A stretch of 64,000 bases of DNA from the NCBI GenBank assembly GCA_037441565.1, contig JBBIRW010000003.1, positions 12,953 to 76,952 on the forward strand, read 5' to 3'. Positions 18,646 to 29,058 of this stretch are shown here, piece after piece; position 1 is the first letter of the stretch; the number at the start of each line of letters is the position of its first letter. Position numbers and translations under genes: made by a program. The notes below the pieces were generated by a model. That model was not told where the DNA came from and ran no database searches. It worked only from the letters and a program-made list of their open reading frames with translations. Source of the DNA: Deltaproteobacteria bacterium. Lineage in GTDB: Bacteria; Desulfobacterota; JBBIRW01.

Positions 18646-20284
18646 GAAATTTTTGTTTCTATCCATTCTCATACTTTCCTTCTTTTTATTCATTTATGGA
18701 AATGGATCGATCAGCCTCTTTGATGTAGATGAGGTGAGTTTCGCTCAAGCTGCCCGTGAAATGATGGAGAGGGGAGACTACATCGTACCAACCTTCAATA
18801 ATCAATATAGATTTGATAAACCTGTATTTTTTTACTGGTTACTTATTGCGTCCTATAAAATCTTTGGAATAAATGAATTCTCCGCAAGATTCCCCTCTGT
18901 GATCTCTGCACTCCTTCTTCTTTCTATCCAGTACCTATTCCTTAAAGGATTTACAAATCGAGAAATATCGATCATCAGTATTGTTATGCTTATTACAAAT
19001 CTTGAATTTTTTGTTGTTGCAAAGGCTGCGATCACCGATATGCTTCTCTGCCTCTTTACATATATTATCCTTTACTCATTCTTTACTGCATTTCATAGGG
19101 AAGACAAATGGAGAAACATTTTTATATATTTAGCATCCATATCCGCCTCACTTGCTGTTCTCACAAAAGGACCTGTTGGAATAGTCCTTCCTTCAATTGT
19201 GATATTTTTTTATCTTATTATCAGTGGTGATCTCAAGAGAGTTTTTAAAACATTTCCGATTTTTACTTCATTGCTTATTTTCCTTATTATTGTTATTCCC
19301 TGGTATATAATAATACATTTAAAAACCGCAGGAAAATTCACTGAGGTATTCTTTTTTAAACACAACATACAAAGATATACAAGACCTATATCAGGCCATG
19401 CTGGACCTTTCTACTATTACTTACCTGTAATAATACTGGGTTTCTTTCCATGGTCAATAATGCTATTTCCATCTATTATCAGCTCCTTGAATAGTTTATG
19501 GAATAAAAATAATACAAGGCCAAGCTTTAGCCTTGATCTCTTTATGCTAATTATAATAGCAACATACATTATATTCTTCTCATTTGCAAAAACAAAACTT
19601 CCCCACTACATCCTTCCCATCTTTCCGGCAATGGCAACAATCTGCTCAGAATGGATTGTAGGAAAAAAGAAGAAACAAAAAGCAATTACTATATCGCTTT
19701 ATATAATGGCGATTATCCTTGGTCTCATCATCTATTCAATATTTATAATCAATAAAGACCCATCAATAATTGGCGAACACCTGGCAAATATTATTTCAGA
19801 ATACAGGATTCAGAAAGCTTACATATTGCTCATCTTCTCTATCCTGTTCTTCTCATCGTTTATTACTGCTGGTTATCTCTTTTCAAAAAATAAGATAACA
19901 ACAGCTTTTATCATTCTATCAGCAACGATGATAGTCTTTCAGATTAGTTCAATAAAGATCCTTGCCCCGCAGATAGAAGAGTTCGTCCAGGGTGATAGAT
20001 TAAGGATTGCAAAGGCATGCCGCTCAATTTTAAAGCCCGAGGATCAGCTCTATATATACAGGGACAATCTTCCAAGCATACTCTATTATTCAGGTCACCC
20101 ATATATATGGGTTACTTCATCAGGCATTGATATCATAAAAGAGAAGGTATCATCAGGTGAGCCATTTTTTCTGATCACATCAAAAAAGAATATGAAAAAT
20201 TTAATGGAAAAAGGATTTCATCTTCGCATATTGAAAATGGAAGGGAAATATGTAATCCTTTCCAATGGTATCCATGGGAATTAA
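18599..20284 (+). CDS. GT-C glycosyltransferase, ArnT/PMT (family 39/83)-like, 4-amino-4-deoxy-L-arabinose-transferase-like
   Basis: Multi-TM protein with the ArnT/PMT N-terminal motif LFDVDEVSFAQAAREMMERGDYIVPTFNN and ...KPVFFYWL.... The start is uncertain; it overlaps the 3' end of the regulator gene. Confidence 0.8.
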   Translation: MQGDTELISTETAKTEKFLFLSILILSFFLFIYGNGSISLFDVDEVSFAQAAREMMERGDYIVPTFNNQYRFDKPVFFYWLLIASYKIFGINEFSARFPSVISALLLLSIQYLFLKGFTNREISIISIVMLITNLEFFVVAKAAITDMLLCLFTYIILYSFFTAFHREDKWRNIFIYLASISASLAVLTKGPVGIVLPSIVIFFYLIISGDLKRVFKTFPIFTSLLIFLIIVIPWYIIIHLKTAGKFTEVFFFKHNIQRYTRPISGHAGPFYYYLPVIILGFFPWSIMLFPSIISSLNSLWNKNNTRPSFSLDLFMLIIIATYIIFFSFAKTKLPHYILPIFPAMATICSEWIVGKKKKQKAITISLYIMAIILGLIIYSIFIINKDPSIIGEHLANIISEYRIQKAYILLIFSILFFSSFITAGYLFSKNKITTAFIILSATMIVFQISSIKILAPQIEEFVQGDRLRIAKACRSILKPEDQLYIYRDNLPSILYYSGHPYIWVTSSGIDIIKEKVSSGEPFFLITSKKNMKNLMEKGFHLRILKMEGKYVILSNGIHGN

Positions 20285-20308
20285 TAAAAACAGAGAGGAC
20301 GATTTCAG

Positions 20309-21304
20309 ATGATATCCATAGTTATTCCATGTTTTAATGAGGAGAAGAGTCTGGAACCCCTTGTTGAGAAAATCAGAGATGTAATGAGCAGGATAACTGA
20401 AAGCTATGAAATAATCATTGTTGATGACGGCAGCACAGATAGAAGCACAGAAAGGATAAAAAATCTTTCCTTACGCTATACATCCGTCAAAGGATTAAGG
20501 CTCAAGAGGAACTTTGGACAAACAGCTGCCCTTGCATGCGGTTTTCATTATGCAAAAGGTGAGATAATAGTAACGATGGATGCGGATTTACAGAATGATC
20601 CTGAAGACATCCCTATTCTCCTTGAAAAAATAAATCAGGGCTATGATGTTGTAAGTGGATGGAGAATCAACAGGAAGGATAATTTCCTTACAAGAATTCT
20701 TCCATCAAAGATCGCAAACTACCTGATAGGAAAAATCACCGGTATAAAACTCCATGATTATGGATGCTCACTCAAGGCATACAGATCGGAAGTTATTAAA
20801 AATATGGAGCTTTACGGAGAACTTCACAGATTCATACCGGCGCTTGCAAAGATACAGGGTGCAGAAATAACAGAGGTGCCTGTTCAACATCATCCCCGTA
20901 TTCACGGAAAAAGTAAATATACACTTTCAAGAACATTTCGCGTTCTGCTTGATCTTATTCTTGTCAAGTTCCTTCTGAGTTATTCCACAAGACCGATTCA
21001 CTTTTTTGGAGCAGCTGGTCTTTTATTCTCATCGATCGGTTTTCTTATCTGCCTTTATCTTGGTTCAATGAAAATCCTCTATGCATACAGCATAGGGGGG
21101 AGACCACTGCTCCTCCTCGGAATACTTTTAATAACTACAGGCATACAGTTGCTTACAATCGGAATCCTTTCTGAGATCCAGATAAGAACATATTTTGAAT
21201 CACAGAAAAAGCCCATTTATGCAGTAAAGGAATTCATCAACATAAAAGAGACGAATCACTCAGGTAAGGTTTTCAACAAAGCTTCTGTTTCTGTCAAGGA
21301 TTGA
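20309..21304 (+). CDS. GT2 polyprenyl-phosphate glycosyltransferase (ArnC/DPM1/GtrB-like)
   Basis: GT2 N-terminus ISIVIPCFNEE...IIVDDGSTD, a DAD motif (TMDADLQND) and two C-terminal TM helices. Confidence 0.88.
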   Translation: MISIVIPCFNEEKSLEPLVEKIRDVMSRITESYEIIIVDDGSTDRSTERIKNLSLRYTSVKGLRLKRNFGQTAALACGFHYAKGEIIVTMDADLQNDPEDIPILLEKINQGYDVVSGWRINRKDNFLTRILPSKIANYLIGKITGIKLHDYGCSLKAYRSEVIKNMELYGELHRFIPALAKIQGAEITEVPVQHHPRIHGKSKYTLSRTFRVLLDLILVKFLLSYSTRPIHFFGAAGLLFSSIGFLICLYLGSMKILYAYSIGGRPLLLLGILLITTGIQLLTIGILSEIQIRTYFESQKKPIYAVKEFINIKETNHSGKVFNKASVSVKD

Positions 21305-22309
21305 ATAGAAAAGTCTCTTCTGAAAGCGCTGTACAGGAGGGAGTGATCTCCTTACTGTTTCAATTCTTCTGTGGCTTGCCTCAAGCTCAATCCTGTCAAT
21401 CTTTCCTTCCCTTATTGCTTTCTCAATCCCCTCTATTGCCATAAGTTGTTTTTTGTAATCATGACATATGAGCACAAGATCACATCCCGCCTTAAGCGAA
21501 AGCACAGCTGCCTCCTCTATTGAATAATTTGAAACGATCGCACCCATTTCCATATCATCAGTTATCACAAGGCCCCTGAACTCCAACTCCTCCCTGAGAA
21601 GATTTCTTATAATAATCCTTGAGAGTGTAGCCGGAAAAACATCGTCAATTAAAGTATAAAGGATATGTGCTGTCATTATGAGATTTACGCCCTCCTTTAT
21701 AGCCTCAATAAATGGTATTAGCTCCAGGTTTTTTAATCTTTCGATACTGTGATTTAAAACAGGCATATCATGATGGGAATCAGTTAACGTATCACCGTGC
21801 CCGGGAAAATGCTTACCCGTGGAAAGCAAACCAGCACTTCTCAGCCCCCTTATAACTGCCCTTCCCAGTCTTGCAACCTTATGTGGCTCCTTTCCCATTG
21901 ATCTATCACCAATCGCAAGATTCATCGGATTTGTATTCACATCAAGGACAGGGGAGAAAACTGCATTGATTCCAACATGGCTCAGTTCCTCACCAATGGC
22001 TTTCCCGAATGAATACGCAAGAAGTTCTGAGTCCCTTAATCCAAGATCCCTCATGGATGGAAATGGCGTAAAGGGTTCCTTTAATCTAAGAACCCTTCCG
22101 CCTTCTTGATCGACAAATATGAAAAGGGGGGTCTTTGATAGAGATTGGATTTCATGACACAGATTGTGAATTTGTTCCGGGCTTTCATAATTTCTTGTAA
22201 AAAGAACAATGCCTGCTATTCCCTTCCTTATAAGATCTTTTAATTCAACAGAAACACTCTTTCCCTTAAATCCTGCAACGATGAATGACCCACCCTGAAA
22301 ATTGGACAT
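21260..22309 (-). CDS. nagZ: beta-N-acetylhexosaminidase NagZ (GH3)
   Basis: GH3 N-terminal domain motifs (GGVILFTRN-like ...AGIVLFTRNY..., ...KHFPGHGDT...DSH..). The start is trimmed to ATG 22309 (MSNFQGG), which has an AGGA RBS 7 nt upstream and avoids overlap with lpd. Confidence 0.85.
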   Translation of the reverse strand: MSNFQGGSFIVAGFKGKSVSVELKDLIRKGIAGIVLFTRNYESPEQIHNLCHEIQSLSKTPLFIFVDQEGGRVLRLKEPFTPFPSMRDLGLRDSELLAYSFGKAIGEELSHVGINAVFSPVLDVNTNPMNLAIGDRSMGKEPHKVARLGRAVIRGLRSAGLLSTGKHFPGHGDTLTDSHHDMPVLNHSIERLKNLELIPFIEAIKEGVNLIMTAHILYTLIDDVFPATLSRIIIRNLLREELEFRGLVITDDMEMGAIVSNYSIEEAAVLSLKAGCDLVLICHDYKKQLMAIEGIEKAIREGKIDRIELEASHRRIETVRRSLPPVQRFQKRLFYSILDRNRSFVENLT

Positions 22310-22319
22310 CTTCAGATCC

Positions 22320-23729
22320 TCACGGTGTTTTTCCTCTGGGTGGAAGGTGAATGGCATTTCCATAGAAATCGTGGGCTGCCTCCATCAGTGACTCAGAAAA
22401 GCATGGGTGTGCATGAATTGTCTCAGCAATATCCCTGATATGAAGTCCAGCCCGCATAGCAACAGCAATCTCATGCACTAAATCAACAGCATGAGGTCCA
22501 ATTATATGTGCACCGATAATCCTCCCACTTTCACTATCTCCTATAATCTTTACCTCACCCACGATCTCCCCGGATGCATGTGATTTACCCAGAGCACGGA
22601 ATGGAAACCTTCCAATTCGAACGTTATATCCTGCTTCTCTTGCCTGCTTCTCCGTGAGTCCAATCCTCCCTATCTCTGGAGATGTAAATATACCCACGGG
22701 AACAACAGAGTAGTCCATCATTATTCTTCCACCTGTTGCATTCACTGCAGCCACAATCCCCTCTGCTGAGGCAACATGAGCAAGCATTAAACCCCCTACT
22801 ACATCACCAGCAGCATATATTCCTTTAACAACAGTTTCCATATACTCATTGACCCGCACAAACCCCTTTCCATACATATCGACACCGATCTCCTCAAGAC
22901 CAATCATGCTGGAATTTGGAGCCCTTCCAACAGAGACAATAATAATATCTGCCTCTACTGTCTTTCCATTGGAAAGATACGCCCTGATACCCTCTTCACC
23001 TTTTTCCACTGACTCAACCTTTGATTTAAGATGGAGGTCAATCTTTCTTTTTCTCATTTCCCTTTCAAGTATTTTTGAGATATCCTCATCTTCAAAGGGA
23101 AGCACCCTTTCCATGATCTCAACGGCAGTGACCCTGCATCCAAGCATATTAAAAATCATCGCATATTCACATCCGATAACACCTGCACCCACTATAAGCA
23201 CCCTCTCCGGTAGATATTCAAGACTCACAGCCTGATCTCCGGAAATGATCTTCTTTCCATCTATTTCCAGTCCCGGAAGATTATCAGGCCTTGAGCCTGT
23301 GCAGAGTATAATACTTCCGCAGGTGACCTCCATTTCTTCACCATCAACATTTACAAGCACCCTTCCCTTTCCCAGCACCTTCCCTTCTCCCCTGATAAGG
23401 TTAATTCCATTCTGTTTAAAAAGCGTTTCTATCCCATTTGAAAGTATACTCACAATTCGTTCCTTTCTTGAAATCGCATCCTTCATAGAAAAATAAACAT
23501 TTCCCTCTATCCTTATTCCAAACTCATTTGCCCTTCTTATTGATTCAAAAGCCGCTGCTGATGCTACAAGTGATTTTGTAGGTATACACCCTCTGTTAAG
23601 ACACACACCTCCAGTTTTCTCCTTCTCGATCACAAAAACCGAAGCACCCAGCTGTGCTGCCTTTATAGCTGCCACATATCCTGCAGGACCAGAGCCGATC
23701 ACTGCAATATCACACTTTTCCATTTTCAT
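22320..23729 (-). CDS. lpd: dihydrolipoyl dehydrogenase (E3)
   Basis: FAD-binding site (VIGSGPAGY), redox-active disulfide (GGVCLNRGCIPTK), NAD-binding site (VGAGVIGCE) and a dimerisation domain with HAHP. Confidence 0.92.
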   Translation of the reverse strand: MKMEKCDIAVIGSGPAGYVAAIKAAQLGASVFVIEKEKTGGVCLNRGCIPTKSLVASAAAFESIRRANEFGIRIEGNVYFSMKDAISRKERIVSILSNGIETLFKQNGINLIRGEGKVLGKGRVLVNVDGEEMEVTCGSIILCTGSRPDNLPGLEIDGKKIISGDQAVSLEYLPERVLIVGAGVIGCEYAMIFNMLGCRVTAVEIMERVLPFEDEDISKILEREMRKRKIDLHLKSKVESVEKGEEGIRAYLSNGKTVEADIIIVSVGRAPNSSMIGLEEIGVDMYGKGFVRVNEYMETVVKGIYAAGDVVGGLMLAHVASAEGIVAAVNATGGRIMMDYSVVPVGIFTSPEIGRIGLTEKQAREAGYNVRIGRFPFRALGKSHASGEIVGEVKIIGDSESGRIIGAHIIGPHAVDLVHEIAVAMRAGLHIRDIAETIHAHPCFSESLMEAAHDFYGNAIHLPPRGKTP

Positions 23730-23735
23730 CCTCCA

Positions 23736-24056
23736 TTATCTCTTTGTTTCATCGCAAACCCATTTTATATATCCTTCAAATCCGTTTGTAACAGGAAGTG
23801 ATATTATTTCCGGAACAGTATAGCTGTGGATACTCCTCACCCTTTCCACAAGCTCTGAGACCCTCTCAGGAACTGTCTTTACGATGAGCAGAACCTCATT
23901 CTCCTCCGAGAGCTTTCCTTCCCACCAGAAGAAGGACTTTACGCCTGGAACGATATTGACGCATGCGGCAAGCCTTTCCTCAATAAGTGTTTTTCCCAAT
24001 GTTTCAGCTTCCTTGTATGATGCTGATGTAATCAATATTACGCATATAGAACTCAT
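23736..24056 (-). CDS. cutA: divalent-cation tolerance protein CutA1
   Basis: 106 aa with the CutA1 signature ...SFFWWEGKLSEENEVLLIVKT.... Confidence 0.85.
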   Translation of the reverse strand: MSSICVILITSASYKEAETLGKTLIEERLAACVNIVPGVKSFFWWEGKLSEENEVLLIVKTVPERVSELVERVRSIHSYTVPEIISLPVTNGFEGYIKWVCDETKR

Positions 24057-24082
24057 ACTTCCTCCATCATCTTAATATTTCT

Positions 24083-25096
24083 TCAGGAAAAAAGTTTTGC
24101 GATCTCATCCCGCTCAAAGCGGGGAAGATCAAACCATCTATCACCACTCTTTATCTTCAATCCCATCTTACGTGATACAACTTCACCTATTATAGATGCC
24201 TTTATACCTGAGGCAATCAGTGCATTTAATATGTTTTCGGCGTCAGGAGATGGTGAGGAAATCAGCAGTGACCCGGAAGAAATAGCACCAAGGGGATCAA
24301 GGGGGTAATATTCCCTTATCTTCTCAAATTCCGCTATCACAGGTATTGAATCCTCGTAGACCCTTATACCAACAGAGGATGCTATTGAAAGTTCGTAGAG
24401 GGCCATGGCGAGACCCCCTTCGGTTGGATCATGCATTGCATGAACCCTTCCTGCATTCATGGATATCTCTGCTTCTTTTATAACACTAATACCCGGATCA
24501 TATATAAAATTCTTGCATCGCTCAACAAAATCACTTCCAGTTCTTTTTAAAAGTTCATCGTGCTTTTCTCTCGCAATTATTGATATTGCCTCAAGAGGAA
24601 CGCCCTTTGTCAATATAAGTAGATCTCCTTCCTTCGCCCCTCCTGTTGAAACAAGCCTTTCCTTCTCAACCTCACCGGCCATAAGACCAATAACAATTGG
24701 TCTGTCGATTCCGTAAGTTATCTCCGTATGACCACCACATAGTGAAACATTTATTGAGGAACAAGCTTGATTTATCTGGCTGAATAGCCTCTCAACATCC
24801 TCAGCGAAGAAACCCTCGGGGATCAGAAGTGTTACAAGAAACCATTTTGGTCTTCCACCGCTTGCAGCTATATCATTGGCATTTATGTGTACAGCATAGT
24901 ATCCAATATCCTCTGCAACGAAAGTAATGGGGTCTGTTTTTAAAAGAAGATACCTGTCACCGAAATCTATTGCAGTTGCATCCTCACCGATACATGGACC
25001 GAGAACAATCCTTCTGTCAGTGATGTTAACTTTGGAGATAAGTCTTTCAAGCAGGTCTAAGGGGATCTTTCCAATTGGAAGAGGCTGACCCTTCAT
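24083..25096 (-). CDS. AIR-synthase-related (PurM-like) ATP-binding protein of unknown specific function
   Basis: PurM-fold N- and C-domains (...GEDATAIDFGD...; ...HAMHDPTEGG...). It does not match the HypE, ThiL or SelD C-termini by eye. Confidence 0.6.
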   Translation of the reverse strand: MKGQPLPIGKIPLDLLERLISKVNITDRRIVLGPCIGEDATAIDFGDRYLLLKTDPITFVAEDIGYYAVHINANDIAASGGRPKWFLVTLLIPEGFFAEDVERLFSQINQACSSINVSLCGGHTEITYGIDRPIVIGLMAGEVEKERLVSTGGAKEGDLLILTKGVPLEAISIIAREKHDELLKRTGSDFVERCKNFIYDPGISVIKEAEISMNAGRVHAMHDPTEGGLAMALYELSIASSVGIRVYEDSIPVIAEFEKIREYYPLDPLGAISSGSLLISSPSPDAENILNALIASGIKASIIGEVVSRKMGLKIKSGDRWFDLPRFERDEIAKLFS

Positions 25097-25097
25097 C

Positions 25098-26531
25098 CTA
25101 CCTTACACCTTTATCCTTAAGGATCTTCTCTGCAAATTCAACCGCCTCATTCTTTGTTTTTATTATCCCCAGTAATCTCTTCTCATCAACCAGATCCAGT
25201 ATCTTGCCTATTATTGGACCTGGCGGGATCCCGAATATCTCCATAATATCCTTTCCCGTGATAAGTCTTTCCCTCTTCTTCGATGGGATGTAGGTGTTGA
25301 AATAGTAGTAAGTAAAGTGATTTACAAAATCATAAAGATTATCAAATTCTTTAATATCCCTCCTGGATGCCATTTTATCTGCGAAAAACAGGAGCATTGA
25401 TGATATAAACTCCTCTGTTCTTCTGAAAAATCTTGCCATTGTCCTTTCACTTTCATGCTTTCCATAAAAGAGCTGTGTGAGATATATGTAGGTCTCCATT
25501 GTATTCTCGATAAAAACAACTTCTCTTGTCGAAAGTTTTAGATTTCTTGCAATGGATTTTGCGATTTCAATACTCTCCTTTTCATGTCCATAGAAATGAA
25601 TTTTGCTATCAATGCCTCTTATTGCTGTTCTCGTTTTTCCCGAATCGTGAAGTAACGAAAGAAATTTTAAAAGTGACCTCCTGCTTCTCCCTTTAACAGG
25701 CTCTTCATCCATATAGGAGGATATGTGTTCTCGATTATTTATAAACTCATCCAGGATCTCAGTTGATCCACTCTCAATACCATTACATATAAGTTCAAGC
25801 TTCTCAAGGCAGATAAGTGTATGGGTCCAAACATCCTCCATATGGTAAGTATCCTGTTCAATCCTCTTCATCTCCTCTACAACTGGAATCATGAATGAAA
25901 GGAGTCCACTTTCCTCCATCTTTGCTATCAGATATGCACTATTTCTAATACCCAGTATTTTGAAAAACTCATCCCTTATCCTTTCGGGTGAAACATCCAT
26001 TATCTTGCTTTTATTTTCAGAAATTGCCTCAAGTGTTTCAGGCTCAATTATAAATCCAAGTGTGCCCGCAAGTCTGAAGGCACGGATAAGCCTTAATGGA
26101 TCAGCAACAAGGGTTTCTACTGACGTCATCCTGATAATTCCCTTACTGATATCATCTATCCCTCTCAATGGATCAACAATAGTCCTCCTCTTTAGATCGT
26201 AGGCTATTGCATCAATGGTAAAGTCCCTTAAAGAAAGGTCGTTCTCTATTGAACGTATCAGTGGTGAAAAATCAAAATTCCTCCCCCCTTTTTCCACAAA
26301 TCTAACAACCCCCTGTTCCCTGTCGAGAAAAAAAGGGGAGCCTTCAATTATTCCGGAGAGCTTTTTTGCAACAGAGAAGGGCTCGTCTTCCATAACAAAA
26401 TCTAAATCCTCAGGAATCCTGCCAAGGAGGATATCCCTTACCGCACCACCAACGAGATAGATATTTCCATTTACTATTTGTGACAATCTTTTAAATATTT
26501 CACAATCAAAGCCTGCTTTTTCCATGATCAT
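25098..26531 (-). CDS. cca: CCA-adding tRNA nucleotidyltransferase (PolyA_pol head + HD domain)
   Basis: [12 protein letters not shown]...EDLDF head-domain motif, RDFTIDA and a C-terminal HD domain (H...HD). Confidence 0.88.
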   Translation of the reverse strand: MIMEKAGFDCEIFKRLSQIVNGNIYLVGGAVRDILLGRIPEDLDFVMEDEPFSVAKKLSGIIEGSPFFLDREQGVVRFVEKGGRNFDFSPLIRSIENDLSLRDFTIDAIAYDLKRRTIVDPLRGIDDISKGIIRMTSVETLVADPLRLIRAFRLAGTLGFIIEPETLEAISENKSKIMDVSPERIRDEFFKILGIRNSAYLIAKMEESGLLSFMIPVVEEMKRIEQDTYHMEDVWTHTLICLEKLELICNGIESGSTEILDEFINNREHISSYMDEEPVKGRSRRSLLKFLSLLHDSGKTRTAIRGIDSKIHFYGHEKESIEIAKSIARNLKLSTREVVFIENTMETYIYLTQLFYGKHESERTMARFFRRTEEFISSMLLFFADKMASRRDIKEFDNLYDFVNHFTYYYFNTYIPSKKRERLITGKDIMEIFGIPPGPIIGKILDLVDEKRLLGIIKTKNEAVEFAEKILKDKGVR

Positions 26532-27823
26532 CCCTTTCTAATTAACCTCTTTCCGTAAACTTCCTTCCCTCTGTATATACCTTCCTTTCCCAGCTCCTCC
26601 TCTATCCTTATGAGCTGATTATATTTTGAAACCCTATCGGTTCTGCTTATGGAGCCTGCCTTTATCTGTCCTGCATTTACTGCAACTGAGATATCAGAAA
26701 TGAATGTATCCTCCGTTTCCCCTGATCTGTGGGATACAATAACAGTATAACCTGCTGACCTTGCAATCTCGATAACATCCAGTGTTTCAGATATTGTGCC
26801 TATCTGATTCACCTTGATAAGGACTGCATTTGCAACACCTTCCTCTATCCCCTTTGATAAAAGCGTTGGATTGGTAACGAATACATCATCGCCGACTATT
26901 TGAACGGTATCGGACATGCTCTCTGTTAACTTTTTCCAGCCCTCCCAATCATCCTCGCTCATCCCATCTTCTATACTGATTATTGGATATTGGTTTACCC
27001 AATTTGCATACAATTCTATAATTTCATCATTTCCATATTCCTTACCTGTTGACTTTTTGAATATATATTTCCCTTTTTCGTAAAGATTGGATGCCGCAAC
27101 ATCGATGGCAAGCCCTATATCTACACCAGGCTCATATCCTGCAACTTTTATTGCCTGACATATAAGATCAAAGGCTTCTTCATGGGCTTTCAACGACGGT
27201 GCAAAACCTCCTTCATCCCCAACAGAGGTGGAATATCCTTTTTTTCTTAAAATACCCTTTAGTTTATGGAATACCTCCGAACCCATCCTGATTGCATCAG
27301 AAAAGCTTTTCGCTCCGTAGGGAACTATCATGAACTCCTGAATATCAAAATTGTTATCTGCATGAAGTCCACCATTGATTATATTCATCATAGGAACTGG
27401 TAACACCCTGCCTGAAACACCTCCAACATACCTGTAAAGGGGGATCTTCAGATAGTTTGCAGCAGCTTTTGCCACAGCCACGGAAACACCAATAATTGCA
27501 TTAGCTCCAATTCTTCTTTTATTTTCTGTTCCATCAGCCTCAATCATGATTCTATCAATCTCCCTCTGCTTGAAAACATTAATCCCTTTTATTGCAGGTG
27601 CAATCAGTTCTTTTATATTCGATATGACCTTAAGAACACCCATTCCTGAATATCTTTTCCTATCGCCATCCCTTAATTCAAGTGCCTCCCTTTTTCCTGT
27701 TGATGCACCCGATGGAACTGAAGCCCTTCCCACTGTTCCATCCCTCAGAATAACGTCAACTTCTACAGTGGGATTTCCCCTGGAGTCAAGAATCTCCCTC
27801 GCATTAATTGTTAGAATCTCCAC
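26528..27823 (-). CDS. eno: enolase (phosphopyruvate hydratase)
   Basis: N-terminus (M)[23 protein letters not shown] is highly conserved. The start codon is GTG (complement of cac at 27821-27823), with an AGGAGG RBS 6 nt upstream. Confidence 0.95.
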   Translation of the reverse strand: MEILTINAREILDSRGNPTVEVDVILRDGTVGRASVPSGASTGKREALELRDGDRKRYSGMGVLKVISNIKELIAPAIKGINVFKQREIDRIMIEADGTENKRRIGANAIIGVSVAVAKAAANYLKIPLYRYVGGVSGRVLPVPMMNIINGGLHADNNFDIQEFMIVPYGAKSFSDAIRMGSEVFHKLKGILRKKGYSTSVGDEGGFAPSLKAHEEAFDLICQAIKVAGYEPGVDIGLAIDVAASNLYEKGKYIFKKSTGKEYGNDEIIELYANWVNQYPIISIEDGMSEDDWEGWKKLTESMSDTVQIVGDDVFVTNPTLLSKGIEEGVANAVLIKVNQIGTISETLDVIEIARSAGYTVIVSHRSGETEDTFISDISVAVNAGQIKAGSISRTDRVSKYNQLIRIEEELGKEGIYRGKEVYGKRLIRKG

Positions 27824-27842
27824 CTCACACCTCCTGCCAGCT

Positions 27843-27880
27843 AAAACTGAAAAACCCCGCTGCCATCAGAACAGCGGGGT
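27843..27880 (-). terminator. rho-independent terminator downstream of nfu
   Basis: On the minus strand an 8-bp GC-rich stem (CCCCGCUG / CAGCGGGG) with an 11-nt loop is followed by UUUUUCAGUUUU. It ends only about 20 nt before the eno GTG start. Confidence 0.6.
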
Positions 27881-27902
27881 CTCTTTAGTCCGGACCATCA
27901 TT

Positions 27903-28127
27903 CTATATAGCGATAACTTCCTTTACTTCAGGAACCTCCTCCTTGAGATACTGCTCAACACCCATTCTCAATGTTATCTGTGAGGCAGGACAACCAGCGC
28001 ATGCGCCTGTTAATTTAACCTTAACAACACCCTCAGTTACATCAACGAGCTCAATATCACCCCCATCAGCCTGCAGCGATGGTCTTATCCTTTCAATAGC
28101 CTTTTCTATCCTTTCCCTCATTATCAA
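27903..28127 (-). CDS. NifU-like Fe-S cluster assembly/scaffold domain protein (Nfu)
   Basis: 74 aa with the Nfu/NifU C-terminal domain motif ...GGDIELVDV...LTGACAGCPAS.... Confidence 0.85.
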   Translation of the reverse strand: MIMRERIEKAIERIRPSLQADGGDIELVDVTEGVVKVKLTGACAGCPASQITLRMGVEQYLKEEVPEVKEVIAI

Positions 28128-28178
28128 TCCTCCTTCATTATTATTTTATCATATCCATTTTTTCCCGTCTAAAAGATT

Positions 28179-28859
28179 CTATCTATCCTCAATTATACGC
28201 TTAATTCCATCTGCAGAGATTATTTCTATAAAACCTCTTCCGCAGACAAGAACCCCCTTCCTTTCCATCTTTTTTATTATCCTTATTGCCGTCTCCAGTG
28301 TAATCGCTGACATATCTGCGATATCCCTTCTTGTAAAATTCAGCACATACCTTCCCCCTTTTCCTTCTTGTATCCTTTCCATAAGCTTTAGGATAATCCT
28401 TGCAATCCTTTTTTCTGCACTCTCTGTTGATACTGTGGCAATAAGTTCATGAGCACTTCTTAGCCTCTCCCATATGATTTTCATAATATGCGAATATATG
28501 TGCGGGTTTTTCCCGATGAATTGACTAAAACTGCTTCTACCTATTTTCAGGACAACACAATCACTCAATGCCTGAGCCGATGCCGGATAGGGTTCACCTC
28601 TCATAGCAGCAACAACTCCAAATATATCCCCTGGAAACAGTATTTCAAGGATTGTGTCCTTCCCCTCTTCTGAAGTCCTCAATATTCTTACTAATCCCTT
28701 TAATACAAAGTATATATAATGTGATGGATCACCTTCCATGAAAATGAATTCACCTTTTGTTATCTTCACTTCGATCGAACCGGAAAGGAGATCGTCAAGT
28801 GCCTTCTCAGTAATACCTGGAAAAACCTTTATATGATGGAGAAACTCCTTTGATTTCAT
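28179..28859 (-). CDS. Crp/Fnr family transcriptional regulator (cNMP-binding + HTH)
   Basis: cNMP-binding beta-roll (...GDIFGVVAAMRGEPYPASAQAL...) and a C-terminal HTH (RRDIADMSAITLETAIRIIKKMERKG). It lacks an Fnr-type N-terminal Cys cluster. Confidence 0.85.
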   Translation of the reverse strand: MKSKEFLHHIKVFPGITEKALDDLLSGSIEVKITKGEFIFMEGDPSHYIYFVLKGLVRILRTSEEGKDTILEILFPGDIFGVVAAMRGEPYPASAQALSDCVVLKIGRSSFSQFIGKNPHIYSHIMKIIWERLRSAHELIATVSTESAEKRIARIILKLMERIQEGKGGRYVLNFTRRDIADMSAITLETAIRIIKKMERKGVLVCGRGFIEIISADGIKRIIEDR

Positions 28860-28895
28860 TTTTCAGATTATTATATCATGATGATCAGATGAATA

Positions 28896-28944
28896 AAAAC
28901 ACAAGAGCCGGCCCCCCAACGGTTGCCGGCTCTTGTGTTTTTCC
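28896..28944. terminator. bidirectional rho-independent terminator (perfect 13-bp inverted repeat)
   Basis: aaaaaCACAAGAGCCGGC-cccccaacggtt-GCCGGCTCTTGTGttttt: a 13-bp perfect stem and 12-nt loop, flanked by an A5 run on one side and a T5 run on the other. Confidence 0.75.
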
Positions 28945-28977
28945 AGTGCGCCCCAATACAGCTCTGAAGCCCCTATT

Positions 28978-29058
28978 TACTTTTTCCCCTTCTTTGCAGA
29001 TTTCTTTGCCGAACCACCTTTCTTAGCACCGCAACCAGATCCTTTCTTTGTTGCCATT
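28978..29058 (-). CDS. putative 26-aa lysine/glycine-rich micro-protein (MATKKGSGCGAKKGGSAKKSAKKGKK)
   Basis: Minus-strand ATG at 29058 is preceded by an AAGGGGGUG RBS with 5-nt spacing. The ORF runs 26 codons to TAA (28978-28980) and is followed 38 nt later by the bidirectional terminator. It falls below the 60-aa cutoff of the ORF track. Confidence 0.35.
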
